Positions 53,488 to 64,000 of a stretch of DNA of 64,000 bases are shown here, in pieces. The stretch lies in contig CASFHP010000004.1 of assembly GCA_949294555.1 (NCBI GenBank), forward strand, positions 31,635 to 95,634, given 5' to 3'. This stretch comes from an uncultured Eubacteriales bacterium (GTDB taxonomy: Bacteria; Bacillota; Clostridia; TANB77; CAG-508). How positions within the stretch are numbered: the first letter of the stretch is position 1; each line of letters begins with the position of its first letter. The notes beneath the pieces are model-generated. The model worked only from the letters and a program-made list of their open reading frames with translations. It was not told the DNA's origin and searched no databases. The position numbers and the translations under genes are program-made.

Positions 53488-55833
53488 ATGAAAAATAAAA
53501 ATCAGGAATATAATGATTTTGAAAATTTTAAACGAAAAGCACAAACAGAAGATAATTATTATTTAACTATATTTTATGAAAATAATCTAACAACGATAAA
53601 TCTTTCTGAATATAGAAGGAACTTTTTTACTTTTGGAAGAGATGAAGATAATGACATTGTTATTCATTCAGAGGAGATTGATTTTGAACAAGGATATTTT
53701 CAAATTACGGAATATGGTGTTTTAGCAGTAAATACGAGTAAGAATTTTTTAATGATTAGTAATAATAATAAACCATTTAATGATGTGTATCTATCAGAAG
53801 GCGGATTTATAAAAATTATTAACCCATCTTCTCAAGATAGATCACACAGCATTTTGTTCATCATGTCTATTGGACAAAATTTAGATGAGTGGAAAAGCTA
53901 TCCATTACAGTTTGGAGGAAATTCCCTAGGTAGTGGGGGAGGGTGTGATGTTATATTACCTCCAAACGGTGTAGCTAAAAAACATGCTGTTATAACGAGA
54001 ATAGGAAATAAATTAACGATTAAAGATGAAACGACTTTAAATGGAATATTTGTCAATGGTCAACAAATTTCTTCATCACAAGAATTTCCACTAAATAATT
54101 TAGATGTGATTGTTATTGGCAATTCAAAAATTATTTTATATAACCAAAAATTAATTTATCAAATATATAAAAGAGGTGTACAATTAGACGCTATTGACAT
54201 TGTAAAACGTGTCCGTATAAAGTTTAGGACAAGAGAAATTTCCTCTCATGTTAGTATGCATGTAAAACCTTCTGAATTTGTAGCTTTTGTAGGAGGATCA
54301 GGTGCTGGAAAATCTACATTTATGAAGTGTATTAGTGGTGTTGACACACCTTCATCTGGAATTGTTCTTTTAAATGGAGAAAATTTGTATGAAGATTATG
54401 AAAATTTAAAACATAATATAGGTTATGTACCACAAGAAGATATTGTATATTCTAATTTGACATTACATGACATGTTAAAATATACAGCAAAATTAAGAAT
54501 GCCAGAAAATTCAACTAAAAAAGAAAGACTGCAAAGAATTAAAGAAGTACTAGAGATTGTACAATTAACAGATTTTGAGAATTCATATATTAGGCAACTA
54601 AGTGGTGGTCAGCGAAAAAGAGCAAGTATAGCGGTAGAATTAATTGCAGATCCAAGCTTATTCTTTTTAGACGAACCAACCAGTGGATTAGACCCAGATA
54701 CAGAAAGAAGTATGATGCAAACCCTTCAAAAAATGTCTAAAATGGGAAAAACGATAATTTTAGTAACACATAATACATTAAATTTGCATTTATGTGACAA
54801 AGTGGCATTTTTTGGTAGAGGTGGTCATTTATGTTTCTATGGAAAACCGCAAGAAGCCTTAGACTTTTTTGGGGTAGATGATTTTATTGATATTTATACA
54901 TTGTTAAATGAAAATATGGAAGAATGGTATGACAAATTTACAGCCATTTATGGAAAAGAAACAGTTAATCAGACAGAAGTTAAAAAAAGAAACAGAGTAC
55001 CACACAAGAAAAAGTCATTTTTTAAACAATTAATAACTTTGATTAGGAGATATATAAAATTAATATCAAATGATGTGCAACAACTCATCCTACTGTTTGC
55101 TCAAGCACCAATCGTTGCTGTATTATTAGCACTGGTATCGACAGAAGATTTGTATTCTACTTATGATGATACAAAAGCAATTCTTTTTTCTTTAGGATGT
55201 GCGTCTATTTGGTTAGGATTAATGAATTCAGTTCAAGAAATTTGTAAAGAAAAAGTTATTTTACAAAAAGAACATATGTCAGATTTAAAACTATCGACAT
55301 ATCTACTATCAAAATTTATTGTACAAGGACTGTTAGCTTTTATTCAAGCAACACTGATGGTATATATTTTCCAAAAGATCGTTGGAGGTTCACCTAATAA
55401 TATTTTGATAGATTCTTACTGGGATGTTCAGATTATCTGTTTCTTGTCAATTTTGTCTTCTGCTGCATTAGGATTATGTATCTCGGCAATTGTAAAAAAT
55501 GCAAACATAGCTATGTCCATTATTCCTTTAATATTAGTTCCTCAATTACTATTTTCTGGAATGTTATTCAAATTAGAAGGAATTACAGAATTTATCTCCA
55601 ATTTTATATTATGTAGATGGTCAGTAGAAGGACTAGGAACAAGTGCAAATTTGAACGATTTGACACATATTATTCAAACAATTAATCCAATGGCAGAAGT
55701 AGAACCTGAAGACTATTTTACCTTTACATCAGAACATATGATGCATGTTATTTTTGTTATTATATTAATGACATTGGTTCTAATGATTTTAAGTTATTTA
55801 GCGTTAAGAAAAAATGTAAATAAAAATATGTAA
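53488..55833 (+). CDS. FHA-FHA-ABC(ATPase)-ABC2(permease) single-polypeptide transporter
   Basis: It has two FHA-like segments (FTFGRDEDNDIVI and NSLGSGGGCDVILPP...GIFVNGQQI), then GGSGAGKSTF/LSGGQRKR/FFLDEPTSGLD, then a 6-TM ABC-2 type domain. Confidence 0.85.
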   Translation: MKNKNQEYNDFENFKRKAQTEDNYYLTIFYENNLTTINLSEYRRNFFTFGRDEDNDIVIHSEEIDFEQGYFQITEYGVLAVNTSKNFLMISNNNKPFNDVYLSEGGFIKIINPSSQDRSHSILFIMSIGQNLDEWKSYPLQFGGNSLGSGGGCDVILPPNGVAKKHAVITRIGNKLTIKDETTLNGIFVNGQQISSSQEFPLNNLDVIVIGNSKIILYNQKLIYQIYKRGVQLDAIDIVKRVRIKFRTREISSHVSMHVKPSEFVAFVGGSGAGKSTFMKCISGVDTPSSGIVLLNGENLYEDYENLKHNIGYVPQEDIVYSNLTLHDMLKYTAKLRMPENSTKKERLQRIKEVLEIVQLTDFENSYIRQLSGGQRKRASIAVELIADPSLFFLDEPTSGLDPDTERSMMQTLQKMSKMGKTIILVTHNTLNLHLCDKVAFFGRGGHLCFYGKPQEALDFFGVDDFIDIYTLLNENMEEWYDKFTAIYGKETVNQTEVKKRNRVPHKKKSFFKQLITLIRRYIKLISNDVQQLILLFAQAPIVAVLLALVSTEDLYSTYDDTKAILFSLGCASIWLGLMNSVQEICKEKVILQKEHMSDLKLSTYLLSKFIVQGLLAFIQATLMVYIFQKIVGGSPNNILIDSYWDVQIICFLSILSSAALGLCISAIVKNANIAMSIIPLILVPQLLFSGMLFKLEGITEFISNFILCRWSVEGLGTSANLNDLTHIIQTINPMAEVEPEDYFTFTSEHMMHVIFVIILMTLVLMILSYLALRKNVNKNM

Positions 55834-55838
55834 GAAAA

Positions 55839-55872
55839 AATAAAGAACCTTTGCACAAGGTTCTTTATTTTG
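55839..55872. terminator. Bidirectional terminator between convergent genes
   Basis: The 13-bp stem AATAAAGAACCTT/AAGGTTCTTTATT has the loop GCAC. Confidence 0.75.
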
Positions 55873-56512
55873 CATCTTTCAATTGTTTATATCGAATAAT
55901 AGAAATAATAGCACTAATAATCAATAAAGCAATAATTCCAATTATAACTGTACTTGTACCAGCGTAGGGAAGAGGCGTTGTCACTTGTTGAATATCTTGA
56001 GGTAAAGAAGTAGTTGTTTGTACATTTTGATTTGTATCACTATTTTGTTGATCTTGATTTGCATTTATATCAGTATTATTATTTGGTGTTTCTGTATAAC
56101 CTAAATCTGCTGCTTTCTGATCTGACCATTCCTTTATAATAGCGATTTCTTCTTGCATTTCATGTAAATTACTATTGGTTAGATTGTCAACTTGTGAATT
56201 TAATTCAACATCCAAAACAGTTAAAATTAAAGGGTTTAAGTCTGAAACGGTATCTAACATGTCAATATCTGCACGTAAAGTTTCTTTTAAAGTGTCATCT
56301 ACACTTGATACAGAATGTAAATCAGTATATGTTTTATCTACTATTACTTTAAATTCTATTAAATTTCCTAAATCGCTTTCATATTCATTTAATAATTCTA
56401 TTAATTCTTGCCTTTCACTTTCTGTTACAGCCAATACAGGTGATAGCAAGTGAAAAAATAAAAACATAAATATAAAAATAATAATCAATAGTTTTCTGTG
56501 AATTTTATACAT
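55865..56512 (-). CDS. Secreted surface protein with an LPYAG sorting signal
   Basis: It has a signal peptide, an acidic helical region, then TPLPYAG plus a TM helix plus RYKQLKDAK at the C-terminus. Confidence 0.7.
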   Translation of the reverse strand: MYKIHRKLLIIIFIFMFLFFHLLSPVLAVTESERQELIELLNEYESDLGNLIEFKVIVDKTYTDLHSVSSVDDTLKETLRADIDMLDTVSDLNPLILTVLDVELNSQVDNLTNSNLHEMQEEIAIIKEWSDQKAADLGYTETPNNNTDINANQDQQNSDTNQNVQTTTSLPQDIQQVTTPLPYAGTSTVIIGIIALLIISAIISIIRYKQLKDAK

Positions 56513-56711
56513 ATTGAACGAATCCTTTCTTGTTTATCCTTCGTTTATTATATAGGAAAAATCTAACTATATTAGGAAAGAGATTTTAAATATTTTTCTA
56601 TATAATAGTATGTGAAATAAGTTTTACATCTATACAAAAAATTTATTTGACATAGATTTTAAACTTCACTACTATAAAGTATACTATAAAAATGCTTTAA
56701 ATGTCAACACC

Positions 56712-56754
56712 AAAAAAAGATACTTCTTCTTTTTAGAAGAAAGTATCTTTTTTA
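56712..56754. terminator. Terminator with flanking A- and T-runs
   Basis: The stem AAGATACTTCTTCT/AGAAGAAAGTATCTT lies downstream of the minus-strand hydrolase gene. Confidence 0.7.
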
Positions 56755-56765
56755 TATTCTACATA

Positions 56766-58223
56766 TTAGAAGCTAAACATATTTTTAATTAATTTTAAAG
56801 CTTTGATTAATCCACTAATTAGAGATGGACTTTCTGCTGCTTCTTCTTGATAGTCAGAAACTTTATCTACTTGTGCACCACTAGCAACTTTTTCAGCTTG
56901 TGCAATAAAGTTATCTACATGTCCTTCATATACATTTTCTTTGTTACCTAAGATGATGAAAGCATGTTGTTCTCCTTCGGCTTCAAATCTTTGTACATAA
57001 GGAATATTTGGATTGTTCATAGCTGTTTCATAAACTCTTGTACTATTTTCAAAAGGTACTGTGGTATCGCTTGTACCATGTATAATTAGTATTGGAAGTT
57101 GACAGTTTTCTAAGCTTGTTAATGCATTTTCATGTTCATCAAAGTTTTCCGCTGTTAAACCAACATCTACTTGATTAATTAACATGTCTTTGATTGTATC
57201 TCTACTAATAATTTGTGATAAATCTGTTACATCAAATATACCAAGTATTTTTGATACTAATTCATTACTTCCTAAAGTATTTAATAAGTCTTCTACAATT
57301 CCTGTCATAGAAGTATATCCACAATCATCTACTAATCCAATAACATTTTGATCTTTTAGTGTTTTACCATCTACTTCTAATCCTGATAAGAATAATGTTG
57401 TAGCACCACCTAATGATACACCATGAACAAAGATTTCATCACATGTGTAATGTTCATTTAGATATGTTAGCCAATCCCAAATGTCAAGACTATCTAGATA
57501 TCCCATTCCACCTTTTCCTTCATTACCGCCACTATTACCAAATCCTCTTAAGTCAGGTGCTAGAATGTTAAATCCTTGATCAATATACATATGACCAATT
57601 GCGTCTGCCATTGCTTGACCGTTCATCATAAATCCATGTACTAATACAACCCATTTATTAGAAGTTGGATTTCCATTTGCATCTGGATTAGCATAATAGA
57701 TATTACCGCTTAAATTAACTGCATATGCTTCTCCTGAGAAATTACCAGCAGTTGTTGCAACCATATCATCTACAACTACATTAGGACTTAAACTTTCTAT
57801 TGCAAGATTAGTATTATTTAAGAATGATTGTATTGTTGATACAATAGAACTTAATAAGCCACTTGCACTTGTATCTGTTGATGTAATCGTTGTGTTTAAA
57901 ATTTGGTTAGATATATAAGGTATAACTGTTGTATCACTGTATTTTTCTTGAAGTTCTGTGATCTTGTCAATGATATTAATTTTCATATCATCAACACTCA
58001 TATTTGTGTTAAGACCTTGTGTGAAATTTTTTGCTTCATTTAAGAAAGATTTGTAGTTATCAATATCAGCATATTTATTGTTGATTGCTGTATTGACATT
58101 GTCTCTGTTTCCAAATGGCCAGAAACTAAAAGCCGCCTTACTTGTTATAGGTGTAAGTACCATAATTGCTAAGATAAGAATTGCTAATATTCTTTTCATA
58201 GATATAAATGAACTCTTTTTCAT
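56766..58223 (-). CDS. Secreted alpha/beta-fold hydrolase
   Basis: It has a signal peptide, the nucleophile elbow HGVSLGG, and a later IIHGTSDTTVP and an EQHAF His motif. Confidence 0.8.
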   Translation of the reverse strand: MKKSSFISMKRILAILILAIMVLTPITSKAAFSFWPFGNRDNVNTAINNKYADIDNYKSFLNEAKNFTQGLNTNMSVDDMKINIIDKITELQEKYSDTTVIPYISNQILNTTITSTDTSASGLLSSIVSTIQSFLNNTNLAIESLSPNVVVDDMVATTAGNFSGEAYAVNLSGNIYYANPDANGNPTSNKWVVLVHGFMMNGQAMADAIGHMYIDQGFNILAPDLRGFGNSGGNEGKGGMGYLDSLDIWDWLTYLNEHYTCDEIFVHGVSLGGATTLFLSGLEVDGKTLKDQNVIGLVDDCGYTSMTGIVEDLLNTLGSNELVSKILGIFDVTDLSQIISRDTIKDMLINQVDVGLTAENFDEHENALTSLENCQLPILIIHGTSDTTVPFENSTRVYETAMNNPNIPYVQRFEAEGEQHAFIILGNKENVYEGHVDNFIAQAEKVASGAQVDKVSDYQEEAAESPSLISGLIKALKLIKNMFSF

Positions 58224-58342
58224 TTTACAACCCCTCCTTTGTTTATTCTAGTTAAAACCTGATGCATAAAATAATTAAATCATTTAATCACTCTACATAA
58301 CATTATACCACATTTTATAATTATTGTCAAAAAATGTAGTCT

Positions 58343-58374
58343 AAAAAAAGAAGATTCATTTTTTTGAATCTTCT
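58343..58374 (-). terminator. Rho-independent terminator of guaA
   Basis: On the minus strand, the stem GAAGATTC/GAATCTTC is followed by T7. Confidence 0.75.
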
Positions 58375-58381
58375 ACTTTAT

Positions 58382-59920
58382 TTATTCCCATTCAATGGTT
58401 GCAGGCGGTTTTGAAGTAATATCATAAACAACTCTATTAACATGTTTTACTTCATTAACAATTCTTGAAGAAACTTTTTCTAATACTTCATAAGGAATTT
58501 TGCTCCAAACACCAGTCATAAAATCTGTTGTTTCAACTGCACGTAGGGCAATGGTATAATCATAAGTTCTTTCATCTCCCATAACACCAACAGATTTTAA
58601 GTTTGTCAATACTGCAAAATATTGATTAATAGATTTATGAAGTCCTGCGTTTGCGATTTCTTCTCTAAAAATACTGTCTGCTTCTTTTAAGATATCTAAT
58701 TTATCCTCAGTAATATCGCCAATTACTCTAATTGCTAGTCCAGGACCAGGGAATGGTTGTCTAAATACTAAGTTTTCAGGTATTCCTAATTCCAATCCTG
58801 TTTTTCTAACTTCATCTTTAAATAGATTTCTTAAAGGTTCTACAATTTCTTTAAAATCTACATAGTCTGGAAGACCACCAACATTGTGATGACTTTTAAT
58901 AACAGAACTTTTTCCTAAACCGCTTTCAATAACATCAGGGTATATAGTACCTTGTACTAAAAAGTCTACTGTACCAATTTTCTTGGCTTCTTCTTCAAAA
59001 ACTCTAATAAATTCTTCTCCAATGATTTTTCTTTTTCTTTCTGGGTCTGTAACACCAGCAAGTTTAGCTAAAAATCTATCTTTTGCATTCACTCTGACTA
59101 AATTAATATCAAATTGATTTCTGAAAACTTCTTCAACTTCGTCACCTTCGTTTTTACGAAGCAATCCATGGTCAACAAAGATACATGTTAAGTTTTTACC
59201 AATAGCTTTATGTAATAGCACAGCTGCAACAGAAGAATCAACACCACCAGATAGGGCACATAAAGCTTTTTTATCTCCGATTTTTTCTTTTAGAGTTTTA
59301 ATACTATCTTCTACAAAAGAAGAAATTTGCCAATCTCCAGAACAACCACAAATATTAAACAAAAAATTCTTGATAACTTGTGTTCCATTAACAGATAAGT
59401 TAACTTCTGGATGGAATTGAATACCATATAATTTTTTCTCTGCATTTTCCATTGCTGCATTTGGGCAATGGTCTGTTGAACCAATATTTTTAAAACCGTT
59501 TGGTACTTCTGACACAAAATCTGTATGACTCATTAAGAAATCATTTGTAGTTTCAAATCCTTGAAATAGGGAAGAGGTGTTATCAATATTTACCTTTGTT
59601 GTTCCATATTCTCTTGTATTTGCTCTTGAAACATTTCCTCCTAAAGTATAAGTCATTAATTGCATACCATAACAAATTCCTAAAACAGGAATACCTAAAT
59701 CGAAAATACCTTCTGCACATTTAGGAGAATCTTCTCCATAAACACTAGCAGGTCCACCTGTAAAGATAATTCCTTTCGGATTTTTCTCTTTGATTTTTTC
59801 AATAGAGATGTTGTATGGTACAACTTCTGAATACACATTACATTCTCTGACTCTTCTTGCAATTAATTGATTGTATTGTCCACCAAAGTCTAAGATTAAA
59901 ATTAATTCATTTTCTTTCAT
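58382..59920 (-). CDS. guaA: GMP synthase (glutamine-hydrolysing)
   Basis: It has the GATase motif GICYGMQL, the ATP-PPase motif SGGVDSSV and the C-terminal PPATIEWE. Confidence 0.95.
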   Translation of the reverse strand: MKENELILILDFGGQYNQLIARRVRECNVYSEVVPYNISIEKIKEKNPKGIIFTGGPASVYGEDSPKCAEGIFDLGIPVLGICYGMQLMTYTLGGNVSRANTREYGTTKVNIDNTSSLFQGFETTNDFLMSHTDFVSEVPNGFKNIGSTDHCPNAAMENAEKKLYGIQFHPEVNLSVNGTQVIKNFLFNICGCSGDWQISSFVEDSIKTLKEKIGDKKALCALSGGVDSSVAAVLLHKAIGKNLTCIFVDHGLLRKNEGDEVEEVFRNQFDINLVRVNAKDRFLAKLAGVTDPERKRKIIGEEFIRVFEEEAKKIGTVDFLVQGTIYPDVIESGLGKSSVIKSHHNVGGLPDYVDFKEIVEPLRNLFKDEVRKTGLELGIPENLVFRQPFPGPGLAIRVIGDITEDKLDILKEADSIFREEIANAGLHKSINQYFAVLTNLKSVGVMGDERTYDYTIALRAVETTDFMTGVWSKIPYEVLEKVSSRIVNEVKHVNRVVYDITSKPPATIEWE

Positions 59921-59965
59921 CTTTTATCTCATTCCTTTCTTAAGGCACAAATCTGGTTGGAAAAG

Positions 59966-60067
59966 AATTAAATTTTGGCTAGGAAAACGAGTTTAAAATT
60001 TATGAGGCGTACTAGTTGTACGTTGAATAAATTTTAAATGAAGTTTGACGACGCCAAAATTATAATT
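59966..60067. other. Roughly 100-nt imperfect hairpin inside the guaA leader
   Basis: The stems are 59971-79/60053-61 (9 bp), 59992-60003/60027-38 (12 bp) and 60008-12/60018-22 (5 bp). Confidence 0.5.
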
Positions 60068-60137
60068 ATTTTTCAACCCCTTACCTCCGAATTTAAAATC
60101 ATATATATATAATATCACAATTTGTCGATAAAGTAAA

Positions 60138-60160
60138 CAAAAAAATGCCCATCAGGGCAT
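60138..60160 (-). terminator. Rho-independent terminator
   Basis: On the minus strand, the stem ATGCCC/GGGCAT is followed by T7. Confidence 0.7.
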
Positions 60161-60166
60161 TTTCTT

Positions 60167-60715
60167 TTACAATACACCACTTGTAGGAATATAGCTCTCA
60201 TCAGGAGGATATACATATTCTTCATTTGGTTTATCAACTGTTTTTATGTCTGTTACTTTTACAATAGGCATATCACCATGATAATTGCCTTTTGTAATTT
60301 CACCAGTTAACTCAACCCAAGTTTCATTTTTAAACTCCTGTGCATTTTCATACTCACAAAGAAATCCAACAATCACATATTGAAAATCAGAAGAAATAAT
60401 CATATCTCTAGCCAATATAAATTGGGTATCTGTTAAATCTAACACACGATAAATATAGCCTGTAAATTGAATTTTTACACCAACATAATCATCTATATTT
60501 TCATGAACGGCTTTTAAGACATTTGTATAATTTTTAGCAGAAATAACAGAAACATCGCTTTGAGGCATACAACTAGAGATATTTCTTTCATTTTTAGCAC
60601 CCATGAATAATTTTATACTAACAAAGATTAAGATAATAATAATTAAAATGACAATACCTGTAAAAAAGTATTTAAAAAGTTTACTTCCATTTACTTTAAA
60701 ATTATATATAAACAT
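60167..60715 (-). CDS. Membrane-anchored protein resembling the DUF1980/TIGR03943 C-terminal domain
   Basis: It has an N-terminal TM helix. The pattern VKIQFTGYIYR...FILARDMI...WVELTGEI...YVYPP loosely matches that family. Confidence 0.5.
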   Translation of the reverse strand: MFIYNFKVNGSKLFKYFFTGIVILIIIILIFVSIKLFMGAKNERNISSCMPQSDVSVISAKNYTNVLKAVHENIDDYVGVKIQFTGYIYRVLDLTDTQFILARDMIISSDFQYVIVGFLCEYENAQEFKNETWVELTGEITKGNYHGDMPIVKVTDIKTVDKPNEEYVYPPDESYIPTSGVL

Positions 60716-60779
60716 AGAATTTTCCTTTCCATTATAAGTTTTGCTTTTTAATTATATGCATATAAAAAACTATTATGCT

Positions 60780-60894
60780 TAATTTGATGACTTTGGGGAC
60801 GGAGCAAAAAATCATCATTTATATAAAGATTTTTATAAAACTTCTTATAAAATAAATGATGATTTTTTGCTCCGTCCCCAAAGTCATCAAATTA
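60780..60894. repeat. Perfect 43-bp inverted repeat with a 29-nt loop
   Basis: 60780-60822 is the exact reverse complement of 60852-60894. The loop contains TATAAA three times. Confidence 0.9.
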
Positions 60895-61002
60895 TTCTAA
60901 TAAATCCCCTCAAAACACTTGATAAAAAAATATTTTAGTGATATAGTATCAAGGACAAAATTAGATATAAATGAAAAAATAAACTTAGGAGGAACGAATA
61001 CA

Positions 61003-63747
61003 ATGGGATTATTTAAAACATACAGTGAGAAAGAATTAAAAAGAGTAAAGCCATTAGTAAATAAAATAAATGCGCTTGAAGAAGAGATGTCAAAATTAAG
61101 TGATAGTGAATTAAGAGGAAAAACAGACTATTTTAAAAAACAATTAGCAGATGGTAAAACATTAGATGATATATTGCCAGAAGCTTATGCTGTTGTTAGA
61201 GAAGCTTCTAAAAGAGTTTTAGGTATGAGACATTTTGATGTGCAATTAATTGGTGGTATTATTTTACACCAAGGTAGAATTGCGGAAATGAAGACAGGAG
61301 AAGGAAAAACATTAGTTGCTACTTTGCCAGTATATCTAAATGCACTTGAAGGAAAAGGTGTTCATGTTATTACTGTCAATGACTATCTAGCAAAAAGAGA
61401 TAGTGAATGGATGGGAAAATTATATAAATTCTTAGGATTATCTGTTGGATTAGTAATTAGCGGTATGGAACCTAAAGCAAAACAAGAAGCATATAATGCA
61501 GATGTTACTTATGGTACAAATAATGAATTTGGATTTGATTACTTAAGAGATAATATGGTTATTTATAAAGACCAATTAGTACAAAGAGGATTACATTATG
61601 CGATTGTCGATGAGATTGATAGTATTTTAATTGATGAAGCCAGAACACCACTTATTATTTCAGGTAAAGCAAATGAATCTTCTGATTTATATAAAAAAGC
61701 AGATAATTTTGTTAGAAGATTAACACCAAAAGTTATTGTAGAAGAAGATGTAAAAGATTATGAACAAGCAGAAGACAATGAAAAATATGATTATATTGTA
61801 GACTTAAAGGCAAAATCTGCGTCACTTACACAAAAAGGTATTAAAAAAGCAGAAGAAGCATTTGGACTAGAAAACTTCAATGACTTGGAAAATTCAACAT
61901 TGGTACACCATGTTAACCAAGCTTTAAGAGCACATGGTGTTATGAAAAAAGATATTGACTATATCGTAAAAGATGGAGAAGTACTAATTGTTGATGAATT
62001 TACAGGTCGTATCATGTATGGAAGAAGATATAATAATGGATTACATCAAGCAATTGAAGCCAAAGAACATGTAAAAATTGCAGATGAATCAAAAACATTG
62101 GCAACCATTACATTCCAAAATTACTTTAGAATGTATGACAAATTATCTGGTATGACAGGTACTGCCATGACAGAAGAAGCAGAGTTTGAGGAAATTTATA
62201 ACTTAGACGTTGTAGAAATTCCTACAAATAAACCAATGATTCGTAAAGATGAAAATGATGTTATATATAAAAATGAGAATGCAAAATTCAGAGCAATTGT
62301 AAAAAGCATCAAAGAAAGTCATGAAAAGGGTCAACCAGTTCTAGTAGGTACTGTATCAATCGAAAAATCAGAAAAATTAAGCAAATTACTAAAACAAGAA
62401 GGTATTAAGCATGAGGTATTAAATGCGAAATATCATGAAAAAGAGGCAGAAATTGTTGCACAAGCTGGTAAGTTTGGAGCAGTAACGATTGCAACAAACA
62501 TGGCAGGACGTGGTACCGATATTATCTTAGGTGGAAACAGTGAATTCTTAGCAAAAGAAGAAATGAGAAGAAAGAAAGTACCTCATGAGCTAATAGAAGA
62601 AGCAAACACTTATTATGAAACAGACAATGAAGATATTTTAAATGCTAGAAAACAATTTAAAGAATTAGTAGATAAATATGATGAACAAATTAAGGAAGAA
62701 AAAGAGAAAGTAATTGAAGCTGGTGGATTAAAAATCATCGGAACAGAAAGACATGAATCAAGAAGAATTGATAACCAGTTAAGAGGACGTTCAGGACGTC
62801 AAGGAGATGTCGGAGAATCTAAATTCTATATTGCCTTAGATGATGATTTAATGAAAATCTTCGGTGGAGATGCGATTACAAAAGTATATAATTCTTTAGG
62901 TGCAGATGAAAACATGCCAATTGATTCTAAAATCATATCAAGAGCAGTTGAAAATGCACAAAAGAAAGTAGAAAGTAGAAACTTTAGTATTCGTAAAAAT
63001 GTCTTAAAATATGATGACGTTATGAATGCACAAAGAGAAATTATCTATGGTCAAAGAAGAGAAGTACTAGATGGAGAAAATATCCATGATAATATTATGG
63101 ATATGATACATTCTGTAGCAGAAGCTACTGTTAATATGTATATAGATCCAGAAAAGAACGAAGTAAATGTAGAAGCCCTAAATCAAGATATTTTAAATAC
63201 ATATGGAATTGAAATGCTACCATATATTAAGGACCATATTTCAGAGCCTGAAAAGATTACAGAAGAATTAATCAAACAAGCAAATGCAAAATATACAGAA
63301 AAAGAAGTAGCTATTGGTTCTGAACAAATGAGAGAACTTGAAAGAATTGTTATGCTTAAAGTTGTTGATGAAAAATGGATGAATCATATTGATAGCATGG
63401 ACGAATTAAAAAATGGTATTGGCCTTCGTGCGTATGGTCAACAAGACCCTGTTGTAAAATACAGAATCGAAGGTATGGATATGTTTGATGAAATGATTTC
63501 AGACATTAAAGTTGATGTAACAAAAATTTTAATGAATATTCGTCAGCAAGGAGAAGCAAAAAGACAAGAAACTGTCAAAATTACAGGAGCAGCATTAGAA
63601 GCTATCCATAGTGTTGATGGCGGAGCAAAAATTGGTACAGACGTTGATAGAACTATCAAAAACGATGGACCAAAAGTAGGAAGAAATGACCCATGCCCAT
63701 GTGGTTCAGGTAAAAAATATAAAAATTGTCATGGCAAAAATGCTTAG
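61003..63747 (+). CDS. secA: Preprotein translocase ATPase SecA
   Basis: The start is set at ATG 61003 (SD TAGGAGGAAC). It has [14 protein letters not shown], the DEAD-like [19 protein letters not shown], and the C-terminal zinc motif [14 protein letters not shown]. Confidence 0.95.
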   Translation: MGLFKTYSEKELKRVKPLVNKINALEEEMSKLSDSELRGKTDYFKKQLADGKTLDDILPEAYAVVREASKRVLGMRHFDVQLIGGIILHQGRIAEMKTGEGKTLVATLPVYLNALEGKGVHVITVNDYLAKRDSEWMGKLYKFLGLSVGLVISGMEPKAKQEAYNADVTYGTNNEFGFDYLRDNMVIYKDQLVQRGLHYAIVDEIDSILIDEARTPLIISGKANESSDLYKKADNFVRRLTPKVIVEEDVKDYEQAEDNEKYDYIVDLKAKSASLTQKGIKKAEEAFGLENFNDLENSTLVHHVNQALRAHGVMKKDIDYIVKDGEVLIVDEFTGRIMYGRRYNNGLHQAIEAKEHVKIADESKTLATITFQNYFRMYDKLSGMTGTAMTEEAEFEEIYNLDVVEIPTNKPMIRKDENDVIYKNENAKFRAIVKSIKESHEKGQPVLVGTVSIEKSEKLSKLLKQEGIKHEVLNAKYHEKEAEIVAQAGKFGAVTIATNMAGRGTDIILGGNSEFLAKEEMRRKKVPHELIEEANTYYETDNEDILNARKQFKELVDKYDEQIKEEKEKVIEAGGLKIIGTERHESRRIDNQLRGRSGRQGDVGESKFYIALDDDLMKIFGGDAITKVYNSLGADENMPIDSKIISRAVENAQKKVESRNFSIRKNVLKYDDVMNAQREIIYGQRREVLDGENIHDNIMDMIHSVAEATVNMYIDPEKNEVNVEALNQDILNTYGIEMLPYIKDHISEPEKITEELIKQANAKYTEKEVAIGSEQMRELERIVMLKVVDEKWMNHIDSMDELKNGIGLRAYGQQDPVVKYRIEGMDMFDEMISDIKVDVTKILMNIRQQGEAKRQETVKITGAALEAIHSVDGGAKIGTDVDRTIKNDGPKVGRNDPCPCGSGKKYKNCHGKNA

Positions 63748-63771
63748 TCATATGCTTCCTGATAAATTTGT

Positions 63772-63806
63772 TATTGAATAGGAAACATGCAAATTCCTAT
63801 TCAATA
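63772..63806. repeat. TATTGAATAGGAA-loop-TTCCTATTCAATA hairpin
   Basis: A 13-bp perfect stem whose arm is identical to the one at 38114-38149. Confidence 0.5.
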
Positions 63807-63837
63807 AAATAGATACAAAATTTTGGAGGGATGAAAC

Positions 63838-64000
63838 GTGAACTACTCAAAAAGTACAGACAAAAAATGGCAAGAAAAATGGAAAGAAGCCAATATATAT
63901 AAATACAATCCAGACAGTAAAAAAGAAAAACTTTATACCTTAGAAATGTTTTCTTATCCATCAGGAGCAAAGCTTCATTTAGGACACTGGTTCAATTTTG
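63838..64000 (+). CDS. leuS: Leucyl-tRNA synthetase, N-terminal fragment (continues beyond the window)
   Basis: It has a GTG start 7 nt after a GGAGGG SD. It encodes (M)[23 protein letters not shown]...[20 protein letters not shown], which includes the class I HIGH-region pattern. Confidence 0.8.
   Translation, partial: MNYSKSTDKKWQEKWKEANIYKYNPDSKKEKLYTLEMFSYPSGAKLHLGHWFNF

Noticed and set aside
63748-63837. A T-box leader might be expected upstream of leuS.
   Set aside because: The intergenic region is only 90 nt, mostly taken up by the TATTGAATAGGAA hairpin, and has no T-box sequence.

Overview
This is a 64-kb chromosomal segment from a very AT-rich, low-GC Gram-positive bacterium. It looks Clostridia-like: the sporulation genes dpaB and ytvI are present, and TGA is used as a stop codon. 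(i) 1-20.9 kb is a surface/cell-wall polysaccharide locus. It holds a GH25 muramidase fragment, five GT2 genes (one with two GT2 domains), a frameshifted GT4, a Wzx-type flippase, three large polytopic membrane proteins, GtrA plus two tandem GtrB-like polyprenyl-phosphate glycosyltransferases, rmlDACB and an MFS transporter. (ii) 20.9-30 kb holds a Vga-type ARE ABC-F gene with a leader-peptide attenuator, a GNAT, a TVP38 protein, three PF06541 paralogues, an orphan dpaB, an SOS-boxed yneA-like gene and pepF. (iii) 30-35 kb holds a 1016-aa repeat-rich surface protein with an LPYAG sorting signal, a flavodoxin gene relic and a frameshifted pilin-like gene. (iv) A RhuM-family gene sits at the 5' end of uvrB, with the uvrB start duplicated on both sides. 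(v) The remainder holds a hydCBA bifurcating-type [FeFe]-hydrogenase, a HAD phosphatase, a MazF-like gene pair followed by two sRNA-like units, a pyrP-upp fusion, murD, small genes, a CBS protein, ytvI, an FHA-FHA-ABC transporter, a second LPYAG protein, a secreted hydrolase, guaA, secA and the start of leuS. I saw no rRNA, tRNA, CRISPR array, transposase or integrase. The most unusual items are two 270-300-nt nested hairpins that share a 149-nt core but have unrelated self-complementary arms, several other intergenic repeat and palindrome families, and the duplicated uvrB start flanking the RhuM gene. All functional calls come from reading motifs by eye, not from database searches.
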